Of a DNA stretch of 64,000 nt, positions 36,473 through 45,221 are shown in pieces. How positions within the stretch are numbered: the first letter of the stretch is position 1; every line of letters begins with the position of its first letter. The notes below the pieces were generated by a model. It worked only from the letters and a program-made list of their open reading frames with translations. It searched no databases and had not been told where the DNA came from. Source of the DNA: Thermoplasmata archaeon (GTDB lineage: Archaea > Thermoplasmatota > Thermoplasmata > Lutacidiplasmatales > UBA184); the NCBI GenBank assembly GCA_052326485.1, contig JBKQMS010000031.1:110094-174093 (forward strand), given 5' to 3'. A program made the position numbers and the translations under genes.

Positions 36473-36677
36473 CGTCTCCTCCGAAACGCTGAAACGCGGT
36501 CGCGCGAAAAGGCTTCCCTACTTAAGCGTTCGGTTCGCTCTCTCTCGGCGGACACCGTCCGGGGCCATAGCGGGCGACGAGTGGGGTCGATGCCGACCCG
36601 AACCCACCGGTACGGGGCAGGGCATCGTCACAGGTCGTCCACGCACGTCGGGCCACCTCGAAGGCCGCCCCAATGGC

Positions 36678-36684
36678 TTTATAG
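36678..36684 (+). promoter_or_regulatory. TATA box (TTTATAG) upstream of rpl44e
   Basis: Lies ~27 nt upstream of the ATG at 36708, consistent with a leaderless transcript. Confidence 0.45.
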
Positions 36685-36707
36685 GGAGCGGGCCTCGCGG
36701 GCCGCCG

Positions 36708-36992
36708 ATGCACTACCCGAAGACCGTCTCGACCTATTGCCCGAAGTGCAAGACGCATACGGCCCACGAGGTCGAGAAAGCCAAGAAGCGGCCTGCCTCG
36801 GAGCTCAAGTGGGGGCAGCGCCGGTTCCGCCGGGCCACCCGAGGGTACGGTGGCTTTCCCCGTCCGAAGCCCGAAGGTCGGGCGAAGGCCGTGCGGCGGG
36901 TCAACCTGAGGTTCCGATGCAAGAAGTGCAAGTACACCGTCCAGCCCGCGAGCTGGCGGGCGAGCCAGCTCGAGCTCGTGGAGCACCACTAG
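36708..36992 (+). CDS. rpl44e: 50S ribosomal protein L44e (eL42)
   Basis: MHYPKTVSTYCPKCKTHTAHEV...RFRCKKCKY, a zinc ribbon. It is embedded in a spurious 379-aa track ORF. Confidence 0.9.
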   Translation: MHYPKTVSTYCPKCKTHTAHEVEKAKKRPASELKWGQRRFRRATRGYGGFPRPKPEGRAKAVRRVNLRFRCKKCKYTVQPASWRASQLELVEHH

Positions 36993-36996
36993 GGGA

Positions 36997-37179
36997 TTGC
37001 ACATGCGAGGACCTTCTCCATTCTGGGTCGTGAAGTGCCCGGACTGCTCGACCGAGCAGACGATCTTCAGCCGACCCGCCACTGTCGTGAACTGTTCCGT
37101 CTGCGGCGCGACCCTCGCGACGCCGACGGGCGGCCAGGCCAAGCTCCGGGGCGAGCTCGTCCGCCCGGTGACGGCCTAG
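36997..37179 (+). CDS. rps27e: 30S ribosomal protein S27e
   Basis: FWVVKCPDCSTEQTIFSRPATVVNCSVCG, a C4 zinc ribbon. Confidence 0.9.
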   Translation: MHMRGPSPFWVVKCPDCSTEQTIFSRPATVVNCSVCGATLATPTGGQAKLRGELVRPVTA

Positions 37180-37198
37180 CCGGGGACGCGGACATCGG

Positions 37199-37975
37199 AT
37201 GCCTCTGCGCCCGGAGCTCCCCGAGGAAGGCGAACTCGTCGTCGGTACGGTGACCTCGATCCGGAACTTCGGCGCCTTCGTCACCCTGGACGAGTACGCG
37301 AAGCGGGAGGCGTTCATCCATCTCTCCGAGGTGGCCACGGGGTGGGTCAAGTACATCCGTGACCACATCCGCGAGGGCCAGAAGATCGTCGCCCGCGTTC
37401 TGCGCGTCGACCCTGCAAAGTCGCAGATCGACCTTTCGCTCAAGCGGATCAACGACCACCAGCGCCGGGAGAAGGTCCAGGCGTGGAAGAACGAGCAGCG
37501 GGCGATGCGCCTCCTGGAGCAGGTCGCGCAGCCGCTGAAGGTCACGGCGATCGAGGCGGCCGACCAGTTCGGTCCGGTCCTCATCGAACGGTACGGCTCG
37601 CTCTTCCAGGCGTTCGAAGTCGCCGCCGCCGACCCGAAGCGATTCCAGAAGGAGAACGAAAAGGCGCCCTGGTCGGCCGCCTTCCTCAAGGTCGCCCGCG
37701 AGAACATCGTCCCGCCCCACGTCACGATCCTGGGAACGCTCGAGGTGAGCGACCCCACGCCCGATGGGCTCGAGCACGTCCGGGCGGCGCTCCTGGCGGC
37801 GGAGAAGGTCGACCCCGAGGCGGTCGAGGTCCAGTACGTCGGGGCGCCACGATACCGGATCCGCGTGCAGGCGACCCAATACAAGATCGCCGAGGAGACG
37901 CTGAAGAAGGCCACCGAAGCGACCCTCAAGTCGATCAAGAGCGCCGGTGGGCAGGGGACGTTCGACCGCGCATGA
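37199..37975 (+). CDS. eif2a: translation initiation factor 2 subunit alpha
   Basis: Has an S1 domain (GELVVGTVTSIRNFGAFVTLDEY) followed by helical and alpha-beta domains. Confidence 0.9.
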   Translation: MPLRPELPEEGELVVGTVTSIRNFGAFVTLDEYAKREAFIHLSEVATGWVKYIRDHIREGQKIVARVLRVDPAKSQIDLSLKRINDHQRREKVQAWKNEQRAMRLLEQVAQPLKVTAIEAADQFGPVLIERYGSLFQAFEVAAADPKRFQKENEKAPWSAAFLKVARENIVPPHVTILGTLEVSDPTPDGLEHVRAALLAAEKVDPEAVEVQYVGAPRYRIRVQATQYKIAEETLKKATEATLKSIKSAGGQGTFDRA

Positions 37976-38157
37976 CGGGTTCCGTGCTGCGGGTGTGCCG
38001 TTCGTGCGAGCGGTACACGTTCCGAGAGAGGTGCCCGAAGTGCTCTATCCCTACCCGAACGCCGCACCCGGCCCGCTTCGATCCCGGGGACCGCTACGGG
38101 AAGTACCGCCGAATGCTGCTCGAGACGCTCCGGGGCCCCCCGGAGCCGGGTCGGTGA
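37972..38157 (+). CDS. nop10: H/ACA RNP protein Nop10
   Basis: CRSCERYTFRERCPKC zinc ribbon followed by RFDPGDRYGKYRR. ATGA overlap with eif2a. Confidence 0.9.
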   Translation: MTGSVLRVCRSCERYTFRERCPKCSIPTRTPHPARFDPGDRYGKYRRMLLETLRGPPEPGR

Positions 38158-38159
38158 AC

Positions 38160-38687
38160 ATGTCCGCGACGATGCACCGTATCAAGGTGGTCAACGACGT
38201 GAGCGACCTCGTCCCGATCCTCCGGGCGGTCGATTCGCCGGTGAAGCTGAAGCTCGTCCAGCGGCTCGGAGAGAACTGGCTAACCCTGGACGACGTCAAG
38301 CGCGAGTTCGGCGAGGACGGCGTGAAGGCGCTCGCGTTCTTCGAGAAGCTCCGCTTGATCGACACGCGCTGGGTCGCGCGCGAAGGACGACATCAACCCG
38401 ACAAGAGCTACCACTTCTACTACTCGACCATCAACATCAGCACGACCTCTCCCCTCGCGGAGATCTCGGAGGTGCTCGCGATCGCGATGATGCCCCTTCG
38501 GGAGTACACGAGGTACGAGCAGAAGATCTACGACGCGGTCGGGACCGAGGGCCGGTTCTTCTCGGACGTGGCCGAGGAGCTCGGGATGAGCCCGACGCGG
38601 CTCAAGGCGCTCGTGAAGCGTTCGGAGAAACTGGAGTACCGTGGCCACCGGATCGAGCGGTTCGTCGCAGAGCCCCTCGGCACGTAG
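38160..38687 (+). CDS. hypothetical protein with probable winged-helix domains
   Basis: 175 aa. The ArsR-like segment ILRAVDSPVKLKLVQRLGENWLTLDDV and the C-terminal SDVAEELGMSPTRLKALVKRSEKL resemble wHTH, but I could not make a family assignment. Confidence 0.5.
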   Translation: MSATMHRIKVVNDVSDLVPILRAVDSPVKLKLVQRLGENWLTLDDVKREFGEDGVKALAFFEKLRLIDTRWVAREGRHQPDKSYHFYYSTINISTTSPLAEISEVLAIAMMPLREYTRYEQKIYDAVGTEGRFFSDVAEELGMSPTRLKALVKRSEKLEYRGHRIERFVAEPLGT

Positions 38688-39216
38688 GCCTCCCCCCGAG
38701 GTCTCGGTCCTCCGGGTCGGGCACCGGCCGGGGCGCGACCCCCGCCTCACCACTCACGTGGCGCTGGCCGCCCGGGCGTTCGGGGCCCGGCGGATGTACC
38801 TGCACCCGCGGGACGACGCCCTCGCCGAGCGCATCGCCGCGGTGACAGACCGTTGGGGGGGCGATTTCGCGGTCGTCCCGGTCGATGATTGGAAGAGCCT
38901 CCTCCGCACCTTCCCCGGGACCGTGGTTCACCTCACGATGTACGGCCTTCCGCTCGAGAAGAACCTCCCTCGGCTCGCCCGTCTTCGCCGCATCCTCCTA
39001 GTGGTGGGCGGCGCCAAGGTCCCGCCCGAGCTCTATCGGCGAGCGAAGTACAACGTCGCCGTGGGACATCAGCCGCACAGCGAAGTGGCCGCGGTGGCAG
39101 TCACGCTCGAGCGCCTCCTCGGGCTTCCCCTCCCCGCCCGGCCCGGCGCGGCGCCTCAGCGGATCGTCCCGTCCGCCCGGGGAAAGCGCATCGTAGGAGG
39201 TCGTCGGCGCCGATGA
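38641..39216 (+). CDS. trm56: tRNA (cytidine56-2'-O)-methyltransferase aTrm56
   Basis: Contains VLRVGHRPGRDPRLTTHVALAARAFGA, HLTMYG and NVAVGHQPHSEVAA. The only in-frame canonical start is the GTG at 38641, which overlaps the upstream gene by 47 nt. Confidence 0.8.
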   Translation: MATGSSGSSQSPSARRPPPEVSVLRVGHRPGRDPRLTTHVALAARAFGARRMYLHPRDDALAERIAAVTDRWGGDFAVVPVDDWKSLLRTFPGTVVHLTMYGLPLEKNLPRLARLRRILLVVGGAKVPPELYRRAKYNVAVGHQPHSEVAAVAVTLERLLGLPLPARPGAAPQRIVPSARGKRIVGGRRRR

Positions 39217-40184
39217 GCGAGGAACTCCCCGCGATCCCGGCTCGCTCGCTTCCTCTCTCCGCGCGCGCTCCCGGGAAGTGCATCGTCTTCGGAGAGCATG
39301 CGGTCGTGCACGGCGCGCCCGAGCTCGTCTTCGCGGTCGACCTCACGACCCAGGTCTTCGTTACCGCGGGCGAGAGCTCCCGGCTCAACTCCGACGCGGA
39401 GGCCGCGCAGCGGAACGCCTACTTCCGGTCGGCGCTCGAGCTCGCCTGGAAGGACCGGCCCCCAATCGAGGTCCGGGCCGTCTCCCGTATCCCGAGGTCC
39501 GCCGGTCTCGGCTCGTCGGCGGCGTTCGTGGCCGCGCTCGCCGCCGCCCTCGCCTCCGCGACGGGCGGGGTCGACCGGGCCGCACTAGCGCAGCGGAGCT
39601 TCGAGATCGAGCGGGGGGCCCAGGGCGTCGGAAGCCCCGGCGACACGAGCACGGTCGTCGCGGGCGGCTTCGTGGCGATCAACGGTGGCCCGGGCGACCC
39701 GCTGTGGTCGGTCCGTTCCCCCGACCATCGCTGGGAAGTGCGCCGCGTGAGCGACCCCGGATGGGTCTGGGTCATCGCCTTTAGCGGGATACCCCGTTCC
39801 ACCGCCGACGCGGTGCGCGCAGTCGGGGCCCGCCTAGCCGCACCGGGCGGACCCGAGCTCCTCGAAGAGTTCCGTCGCGTGGCGACAGAGGGGATCGGGG
39901 CTGTGGGCCGTGGGGATCGCAAGACGGTCGCCGAGCTTTTGCACCGGAACCAGGAGCTGCTCCGGGAGGTTGGGGTCTCCCATCCGCGCCTCGAGGCGCT
40001 TCTCGAAGCCGCGGCCCCGGCGGCAGAAGGGGCCAAGGTCACCGGCGCGGGTGCCGGCGGCTCGGTGGTCGTGCTACCGATCCCCGGCAGGGAAACGGAG
40101 CTGGTCCGACGGCTCGCCCGCGCCGGGGCATTGCCGTACGTCGTGCGGCCGACCCTAGAAGGGGCGTCCCTGGTCGGGGACTGA
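39213..40184 (+). CDS. mvk: mevalonate kinase
   Basis: Contains APGKCIVFGEHAVVHG and the GHMP motif PRSAGLGSSAAFVAAL. ATGA overlap with trm56. Confidence 0.85.
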   Translation: MSEELPAIPARSLPLSARAPGKCIVFGEHAVVHGAPELVFAVDLTTQVFVTAGESSRLNSDAEAAQRNAYFRSALELAWKDRPPIEVRAVSRIPRSAGLGSSAAFVAALAAALASATGGVDRAALAQRSFEIERGAQGVGSPGDTSTVVAGGFVAINGGPGDPLWSVRSPDHRWEVRRVSDPGWVWVIAFSGIPRSTADAVRAVGARLAAPGGPELLEEFRRVATEGIGAVGRGDRKTVAELLHRNQELLREVGVSHPRLEALLEAAAPAAEGAKVTGAGAGGSVVVLPIPGRETELVRRLARAGALPYVVRPTLEGASLVGD

Positions 40185-40207
40185 ATTCCCGTCGCTGAAG
40201 GACCAGT

Positions 40208-41404
40208 TCACTTTCGCGCGACGATCCGGACCACCGTGTTCGGCCCGAGGGGATGGTCGGCGGCCATCGCTCGGTGGGTTCGCCCGTCGATCGCTCGGAT
40301 GAAATGCTCCCCCAGGTCAGTATGGACACGGTAGGCGACCGCCCGCGCGGGGGTGTTGGCGGGCACGAGGAACGCGTCCGGAAGAACCCGGCCCTGGCTG
40401 TCGGTCCAGTGCGTCTCGTCCTCGACCGGGTAGACGACGATCATCCCGAGGCGGGAGTAGACCATCTGCTCGAGGGCCTGCTGGACACCGGTCGATCCCC
40501 AGGTCGCGAGGATCGCACGGATCCCCTCGAGCGCCTTCAGCTGCGCGGGAGAGAGTCGGGCCGGGTCCCGGACGCGGAAGATCGGATCGCCCGGACGGTA
40601 GTCGATCAGCCCCGCCCGCCCCGCACGCCGGAGCGTGAGCTCGGCGTCGGCCGCGGTGGCGACGGAAGGAATGGGCTCGACCCCGCCGGCGAGGGCATCG
40701 GCCTCCTCCTTCGAAGCCCGGTCGCACTTGTTGGCAGCGACGAGCCGCGGTTTGGACGCCTCTAGCAGCTGTCGAGCGAGGTGCGAGCGATCCTCCTCCG
40801 TCCACTTCGAGGGGTGCGCGCGCTCGACGGTCGACCCGCGGAGCGCGGCCGCGATCGCGTTCGGTGAGATCGCGAGCCCAGTGAGCCTCTCCGTCAGGAA
40901 ATCCTCGACCTTCTTGCCGTCGAGCTCCGTCCCGCGCGCGTGCCGTAGAAAGTCCCGGCTAAGGATCTCCGCGACCCAGGCCACCAGCTCGTCCTCGAGC
41001 CAGCGGACCTCCTCTGCGGGGTCGTGGCTGCCGTGCTCGGCGAGACGTCCTTCCTCGTCCGTGGCCCCGGAAAGGTCGACGACCTGCACGAAGCCGTCCG
41101 CCGCTCGGAGGTCGTCGAGGAACTTGTGACCCAAGCCCTTTCCGGCGTGCGCGCCGGGCACGAGCCCAGGCACGTCCACCAGGTTCACGGGGACCCAACG
41201 TGTCCCATCGACGCACTTCGCGTTCCCGGGCGTGCAGGGGGTTCCCTTCTCGGTGTGAGGGCAGGGGGCACGGATCGCCGCGACCCCGCGGTTCGGAGTT
41301 ATCGTCGTGAAGGGGTACGGGGCCATGGGCACATCGAGGAGGGTGAGCGCGTTGAAGAACGTCGACTTTCCGACGTTCGGCTTGCCGACGATCCCGATCT
41401 CCAC
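40208..41404 (-). CDS. Obg/YchF-like GTP-binding protein with C-terminal TGS domain
   Basis: Has G1 GIVGKPNVGKSTFFNALT and G3 DVPGLV. The C-terminal segment is TGS-like. Confidence 0.8.
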   Translation of the reverse strand: MEIGIVGKPNVGKSTFFNALTLLDVPMAPYPFTTITPNRGVAAIRAPCPHTEKGTPCTPGNAKCVDGTRWVPVNLVDVPGLVPGAHAGKGLGHKFLDDLRAADGFVQVVDLSGATDEEGRLAEHGSHDPAEEVRWLEDELVAWVAEILSRDFLRHARGTELDGKKVEDFLTERLTGLAISPNAIAAALRGSTVERAHPSKWTEEDRSHLARQLLEASKPRLVAANKCDRASKEEADALAGGVEPIPSVATAADAELTLRRAGRAGLIDYRPGDPIFRVRDPARLSPAQLKALEGIRAILATWGSTGVQQALEQMVYSRLGMIVVYPVEDETHWTDSQGRVLPDAFLVPANTPARAVAYRVHTDLGEHFIRAIDGRTHRAMAADHPLGPNTVVRIVARK

Positions 41405-41423
41405 GGCGCGTTTCTCCCCCGGA

Positions 41424-41999
41424 TTAGACCGAGTAATCCGGAGGGACCTCCTTCACTCCCAAAGCGCGGTTCGTGGCAAGAGCCAACGCGAAGAGGAGGC
41501 CGCTCAGACGGTTCGCCCAGCGCAGGAGCTCGGGGGAAAGCGGCTCGGTCCGGTGGAGCGCCCAGATCTCGCGCTCGGCGCGCCGCGCGATCGTTCGAGC
41601 GATGTGAAGCAAGGCCCCGGGGCGCGAACCGCCGGACAGCACGAACGAACGGAGGCGGTAGTGCGACGACCTGAACCGTTCGATGTCGGCCTCGAGACGG
41701 ACGACGTGGCGGGCCTCGATGCGATGTTTCGCCGGGGGACCTTTCGGCGGAGTGGCGAGCTCGGCCTGGGCTACGTAGAGCTCGCTCTGAAGGCGGCGCA
41801 CGACCGCCCGGATCTCCTTGAGGTCCGACGGCAGCTCGACCTCGACGAGCCCGAGGAGGCCCCCGAGCTCGTCGTACGCCCCGTAGGCGTGAACGCGAGG
41901 AGAGTCCTTCTCTACGCGCGAGCCACCGGCGAGAGCGGTGGTCCCACGGTCGCCCTTCCGGGTGTAGAGACGCGCGATACTCTCGCCTCCGGCCGCCAC
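41424..41999 (-). CDS. PduO-type ATP:cob(I)alamin adenosyltransferase
   Basis: Contains YTRKGDRGTTAL and a helical-bundle remainder (ELYVAQAELAT). Confidence 0.8.
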   Translation of the reverse strand: MAAGGESIARLYTRKGDRGTTALAGGSRVEKDSPRVHAYGAYDELGGLLGLVEVELPSDLKEIRAVVRRLQSELYVAQAELATPPKGPPAKHRIEARHVVRLEADIERFRSSHYRLRSFVLSGGSRPGALLHIARTIARRAEREIWALHRTEPLSPELLRWANRLSGLLFALALATNRALGVKEVPPDYSV

Positions 42000-42166
42000 G
42001 GCAACTGGTCCAGCGGAGAGCTCAGACCGTGGACGGGACAGTAGGACACGTGCAGCACCTCATTATGCTTAGCATCCTGCCGGCACAGTCGACAAATGAA
42101 CCCGCTCCGTTCGCTCCAGGCGATTCCCATCGACTCCATATTGCAACCCTTCCCCGTTCCCGGAGG

Positions 42167-42565
42167 CTAGCGCCCGAGGAGCCCCCGCCCCTCGCGGTCC
42201 GCCCGGCGTCGTCCCTCTCGTCGTTCCTTCACGGACCGCGCGTGCTCGCGCAGCGCCGGAAGCCGTTCCGAGTGGGTCCGAGCGAGCTCCGTTAGGCCGA
42301 GACTGGTGACGAGGGCGATCGCGCCCTCGAGGTCTCGGGCGTAGCCGTTCTCAACGATCTCCTCGAGCTCCCCCCGCAAGGTCGGTGGCAACTCCACCGA
42401 GCCGGGTCGGGGTTCACTCGCGATCCGCACGAGCGCCCGCACCGCGTCAGAGCGGGTCGAGAGCCCGTGGTCCCGTTGGAAGCCGTCGAGAAGCGACTCC
42501 TCCTCAGAGGTGAGGCGAACTCCGAGGAATCGAGTCGCAAGAGCGCTGGCTCGGGCGTTCCGCAC
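42167..42565 (-). CDS. ribbon-helix-helix (CopG-like) domain protein
   Basis: The N-terminal LGVRLTSEEESLLDGFQRDHGLSTRSDAVRALV fits a beta-alpha-alpha RHH. GTG start. Confidence 0.55.
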   Translation of the reverse strand: MRNARASALATRFLGVRLTSEEESLLDGFQRDHGLSTRSDAVRALVRIASEPRPGSVELPPTLRGELEEIVENGYARDLEGAIALVTSLGLTELARTHSERLPALREHARSVKERREGRRRADREGRGLLGR

Positions 42566-42567
42566 GC

Positions 42568-42620
42568 GTATAACACAAATTTAACAGATATTTATGTGTT
42601 GTGTAATTTTGTTTAACATC
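42568..42620. promoter_or_regulatory. AT-rich promoter/operator island with inverted and direct repeats
   Basis: This is the only ~50-nt AT-rich block I saw in the window. The minus strand has CATAAATATC ~22-30 nt upstream of the RHH GTG. There is an imperfect inverted repeat AACACAAAT (42572-80) / ATTTATGTGTT (42590-600), and the direct repeat TTTAACA occurs at 42580-86 and 42612-18. Confidence 0.5.
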
Positions 42621-42805
42621 GGGGGGAGTAACCGCCCACCGACCCGACAGGGTAGGGCGATGCGGCTTGGACGATCCGCGGTGGATAACCCGCGATGGCG
42701 CGGGAGAGACTTGGCGGGGCAGCGCGGCTCCGGTGGGCCCCGGAGAAGCGCCCCGGGGGCTCTCTCGCTCGGTCTTTAAATCGGTCGTGACCTGACCCCG
42801 AGATC

Positions 42806-43246
42806 ATGGGCGGAGCGACACCCTCTGAGAACCTGGACCGACTGACCGCGGAGCTGGGAGACTGGCGCGGTGACCTGATCCAACGGATCCGTCGGCTCAT
42901 GAGCCGGGCCGACTCCGATATGGTCCTGGAATGGAAATGGATGGGGACGCCCGTGTGGTACCACGACGGGATGGTCGCTCTCGCCAATCCCCACACGGGG
43001 AAGGTGAAGCTGACGTTCGCACAGGGGGCGAAGCTCCCAGACCCGGCCAAGTTGTTCAATGCCGGCCTCGGGGGCAATGTGTGGCGGGCCATCGACTTCT
43101 TCGAGAGGGACACATTGAACGAGCCCGCCCTCCAAGACCTGGTACGCGCGGCCGTCGCGCTCAATCAAGCCCGACTCGCCGAGAGCGCTAGGCACGCCCC
43201 TCGCCGACCTTCGAAGGCCAAGCCGAAGAAACCCACCCGGGCGTGA
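42806..43246 (+). CDS. DUF1801 (YdhG-like) domain protein
   Basis: The WRGDLIQRIRRLM...EWKWMGTPVWYHDGMVALANPHTGKVKLTFAQG pattern is typical of DUF1801. Confidence 0.65.
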   Translation: MGGATPSENLDRLTAELGDWRGDLIQRIRRLMSRADSDMVLEWKWMGTPVWYHDGMVALANPHTGKVKLTFAQGAKLPDPAKLFNAGLGGNVWRAIDFFERDTLNEPALQDLVRAAVALNQARLAESARHAPRRPSKAKPKKPTRA

Positions 43247-43449
43247 TCGCCGTCTAAGTCCGATCGAGTAACGCGGCGTACCCCGGGCCGCCCCTCGACG
43301 CCGCCGAGGGCTCGATACATCACCTCAGGAGAATGCAGGAGGAGACCATTCTCGCTTTGTTCATCAACCGGGGGCAGGGCGGCTCCCTGACGTCGCGCCT
43401 TCGCGCTTCGACCGCGAGGATGATATTCTCCCGTCACGCTTGAATCGGC

Positions 43450-44397
43450 GTGCCCTCGGAGATCCTGACAGTCGACGCGGTTTGGAAGCGGTACGGGGAC
43501 CACGACGCTCTCCGAGACGTCCGCTTCTCGCTGCGGAGCGGGGAGGCCGTCGGCTACCTCGGACCCAACGGGGCCGGCAAGACGACGACCCTCAAGCTCC
43601 TTGCCGGACTCTCCCGCCCCACTCGGGGTTCGGTGCGGGTACAGGGTCTCGACCCCATTCGGGACCGGGTCCGCGCGCTCCGTCGGCTCGGGGCGCTCGT
43701 GGAGACCCCCGGCGTTCCCGCGTACATCACGGGCGCCGACCTCTTGGAGTACGTGGCCCGCGTCAAGGGAGTCTCGTCCGCGGAGCGCGTCGGCGCCGCC
43801 CGTCGCGCCGCCGAGGCGATGAACGTGGCCGAGTGTCTCGACCGCCCGTTCGGGTCTCTTTCCACCGGTCTAGCCCGTCGGATGCTCCTCGGCGCGGCCC
43901 TGGTCGGAGATCCCGAGGTCTTGCTCTTGGACGAGCCGACCCTCGGACTCGACCCGGCGGCCCGACACGACCTCAGGAACCTGCTGCGCAGCCTCTCCCG
44001 AAACGGGCTGACGCTCCTGCTTTCGACCCATCTCCTCGAAGATGTCCAGGAGGTCTGCGGCCGGGTGCTGTTCCTGCGGAGCGGGGTCCTGGTCGGAGAC
44101 GAGCTCGTGAACCTCGAGTCCGATCGAGGCCCTGAGGGCGCTCGAAGGACCGTTCGGCTGCGCTTCGGCTCGGACGTGAGCGAGGAGTCCGTTGCCCGCG
44201 CCGTCGGGGCTGGAGTCGGGGTCACGCTCGAAGGACCCCGACAGGCGACCGTACGAATCTCGGGCGGGGATGCGGAGCAGGCAGGTCTGCTGGCCGGGGT
44301 GGTCCGAGCGGGTCTGCCGCTCGTAAGCGCCTCGACGCCCGAGCCGGATCTCGCCCGTCGATACATGGAGCGAGTCGGCCGGGAGGACGCCACATGA
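43450..44397 (+). CDS. ABC transporter ATP-binding protein
   Basis: Has Walker A GPNGAGKTT, the signature LSTGLARR and Walker B LLLDEP. GTG start. Confidence 0.85.
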   Translation: MPSEILTVDAVWKRYGDHDALRDVRFSLRSGEAVGYLGPNGAGKTTTLKLLAGLSRPTRGSVRVQGLDPIRDRVRALRRLGALVETPGVPAYITGADLLEYVARVKGVSSAERVGAARRAAEAMNVAECLDRPFGSLSTGLARRMLLGAALVGDPEVLLLDEPTLGLDPAARHDLRNLLRSLSRNGLTLLLSTHLLEDVQEVCGRVLFLRSGVLVGDELVNLESDRGPEGARRTVRLRFGSDVSEESVARAVGAGVGVTLEGPRQATVRISGGDAEQAGLLAGVVRAGLPLVSASTPEPDLARRYMERVGREDAT

Positions 44398-45077
44398 ACG
44401 GAGAGGTCGCGGCCCTCGGCCACAACGCCCTTTGGGAGGTCACTCGCCTCCGCCGTTCCCGACGGATCTGGTTGCTTCTGATCCCGATCGTTGCGGGACC
44501 GATCGGCAGCGGGATCGCGGACCTGTACCTTCGAGTTCCGTCCTCGGGCACGGCCGAGGTCTTGGGTCTGTTGATCACCGCCGGCCTCGCGGCACTGGTC
44601 GTCCTCGACCTGACCGCGCTCGCGGTGGGAGAGGACCTAGCCCTCCGGACCCACTACCTGACCTTTGCGCTCCCGCAGCCCCGGGCGAGCGCTCTCGCCG
44701 GCCGATTGGGAGTGGTGGTCGGAGGCGCTATTGCCGTCTACGGCATCGGAGCGGTCGCGGTCGCATGGCTCGCTGGCGCTCTCGTCACCACGTCGTCCAC
44801 CGCCCCGACGCCGATCATCGTGCCGGCGCACTTGGCCCTCGGGTTGCTGGGACTGCTCGTGTTCCTCGGCGGGGTCACCGCCGCAGCCGGGGTCGTCACC
44901 CGAAGCGCTTCGCAGGCGCTCGTCGCCGGGATCCTCGCCGGAGTGGTGGCGGCCGGCATCGGGAGCATGTTCCTTATCGAGGGTCGGCTAACGGCGTTGT
45001 TTCCCGAGGTGTTGGCAGCCGCGGGGCTGGTGGGGTTCGCCTGGTGCCTCATCCAGTACGGGCGGGTCGAAGGCTGA
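44394..45077 (+). CDS. ABC-2-type transporter permease
   Basis: Six predicted TM helices. ATGA overlap with the ATPase gene. Confidence 0.65.
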   Translation: MNGEVAALGHNALWEVTRLRRSRRIWLLLIPIVAGPIGSGIADLYLRVPSSGTAEVLGLLITAGLAALVVLDLTALAVGEDLALRTHYLTFALPQPRASALAGRLGVVVGGAIAVYGIGAVAVAWLAGALVTTSSTAPTPIIVPAHLALGLLGLLVFLGGVTAAAGVVTRSASQALVAGILAGVVAAGIGSMFLIEGRLTALFPEVLAAAGLVGFAWCLIQYGRVEG

Positions 45078-45221
45078 GGGGTCGTTTCGGCGGTCAGCGC
45101 TTTAGGTCGCGGACCGGTCGTGGTCGGTACCGCAGTGCGACGGGGGGTAACGCGGCCTTCGACGCCTCGTCCGGATTACCGAAAAGGGGAATACCTATCA
45201 GAACCGGAAGCGTGAGTACCC

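Noticed and set aside
35853-36707. The 379-aa plus-strand ORF 35853-36992.
   Set aside because: Only the last 94 codons (L44e) are protein-like. The rest is antisense to the L1 gene with Ser/Arg/Thr-rich composition.
42594-42779. A 61-aa plus-strand ORF starting in the AT-rich island.
   Set aside because: After the AT-rich start it becomes Arg/Gly-rich, with no motif. The region is more likely 5' UTR or promoter for the DUF1801 gene.
43418-43425. A C/D-box sRNA candidate (GGATGATA) in the 200-nt gap upstream of the ABC ATPase.
   Set aside because: The sequence is GAUGAU rather than the UGAUGA C box. No properly spaced CUGA D box or terminal stem is evident.
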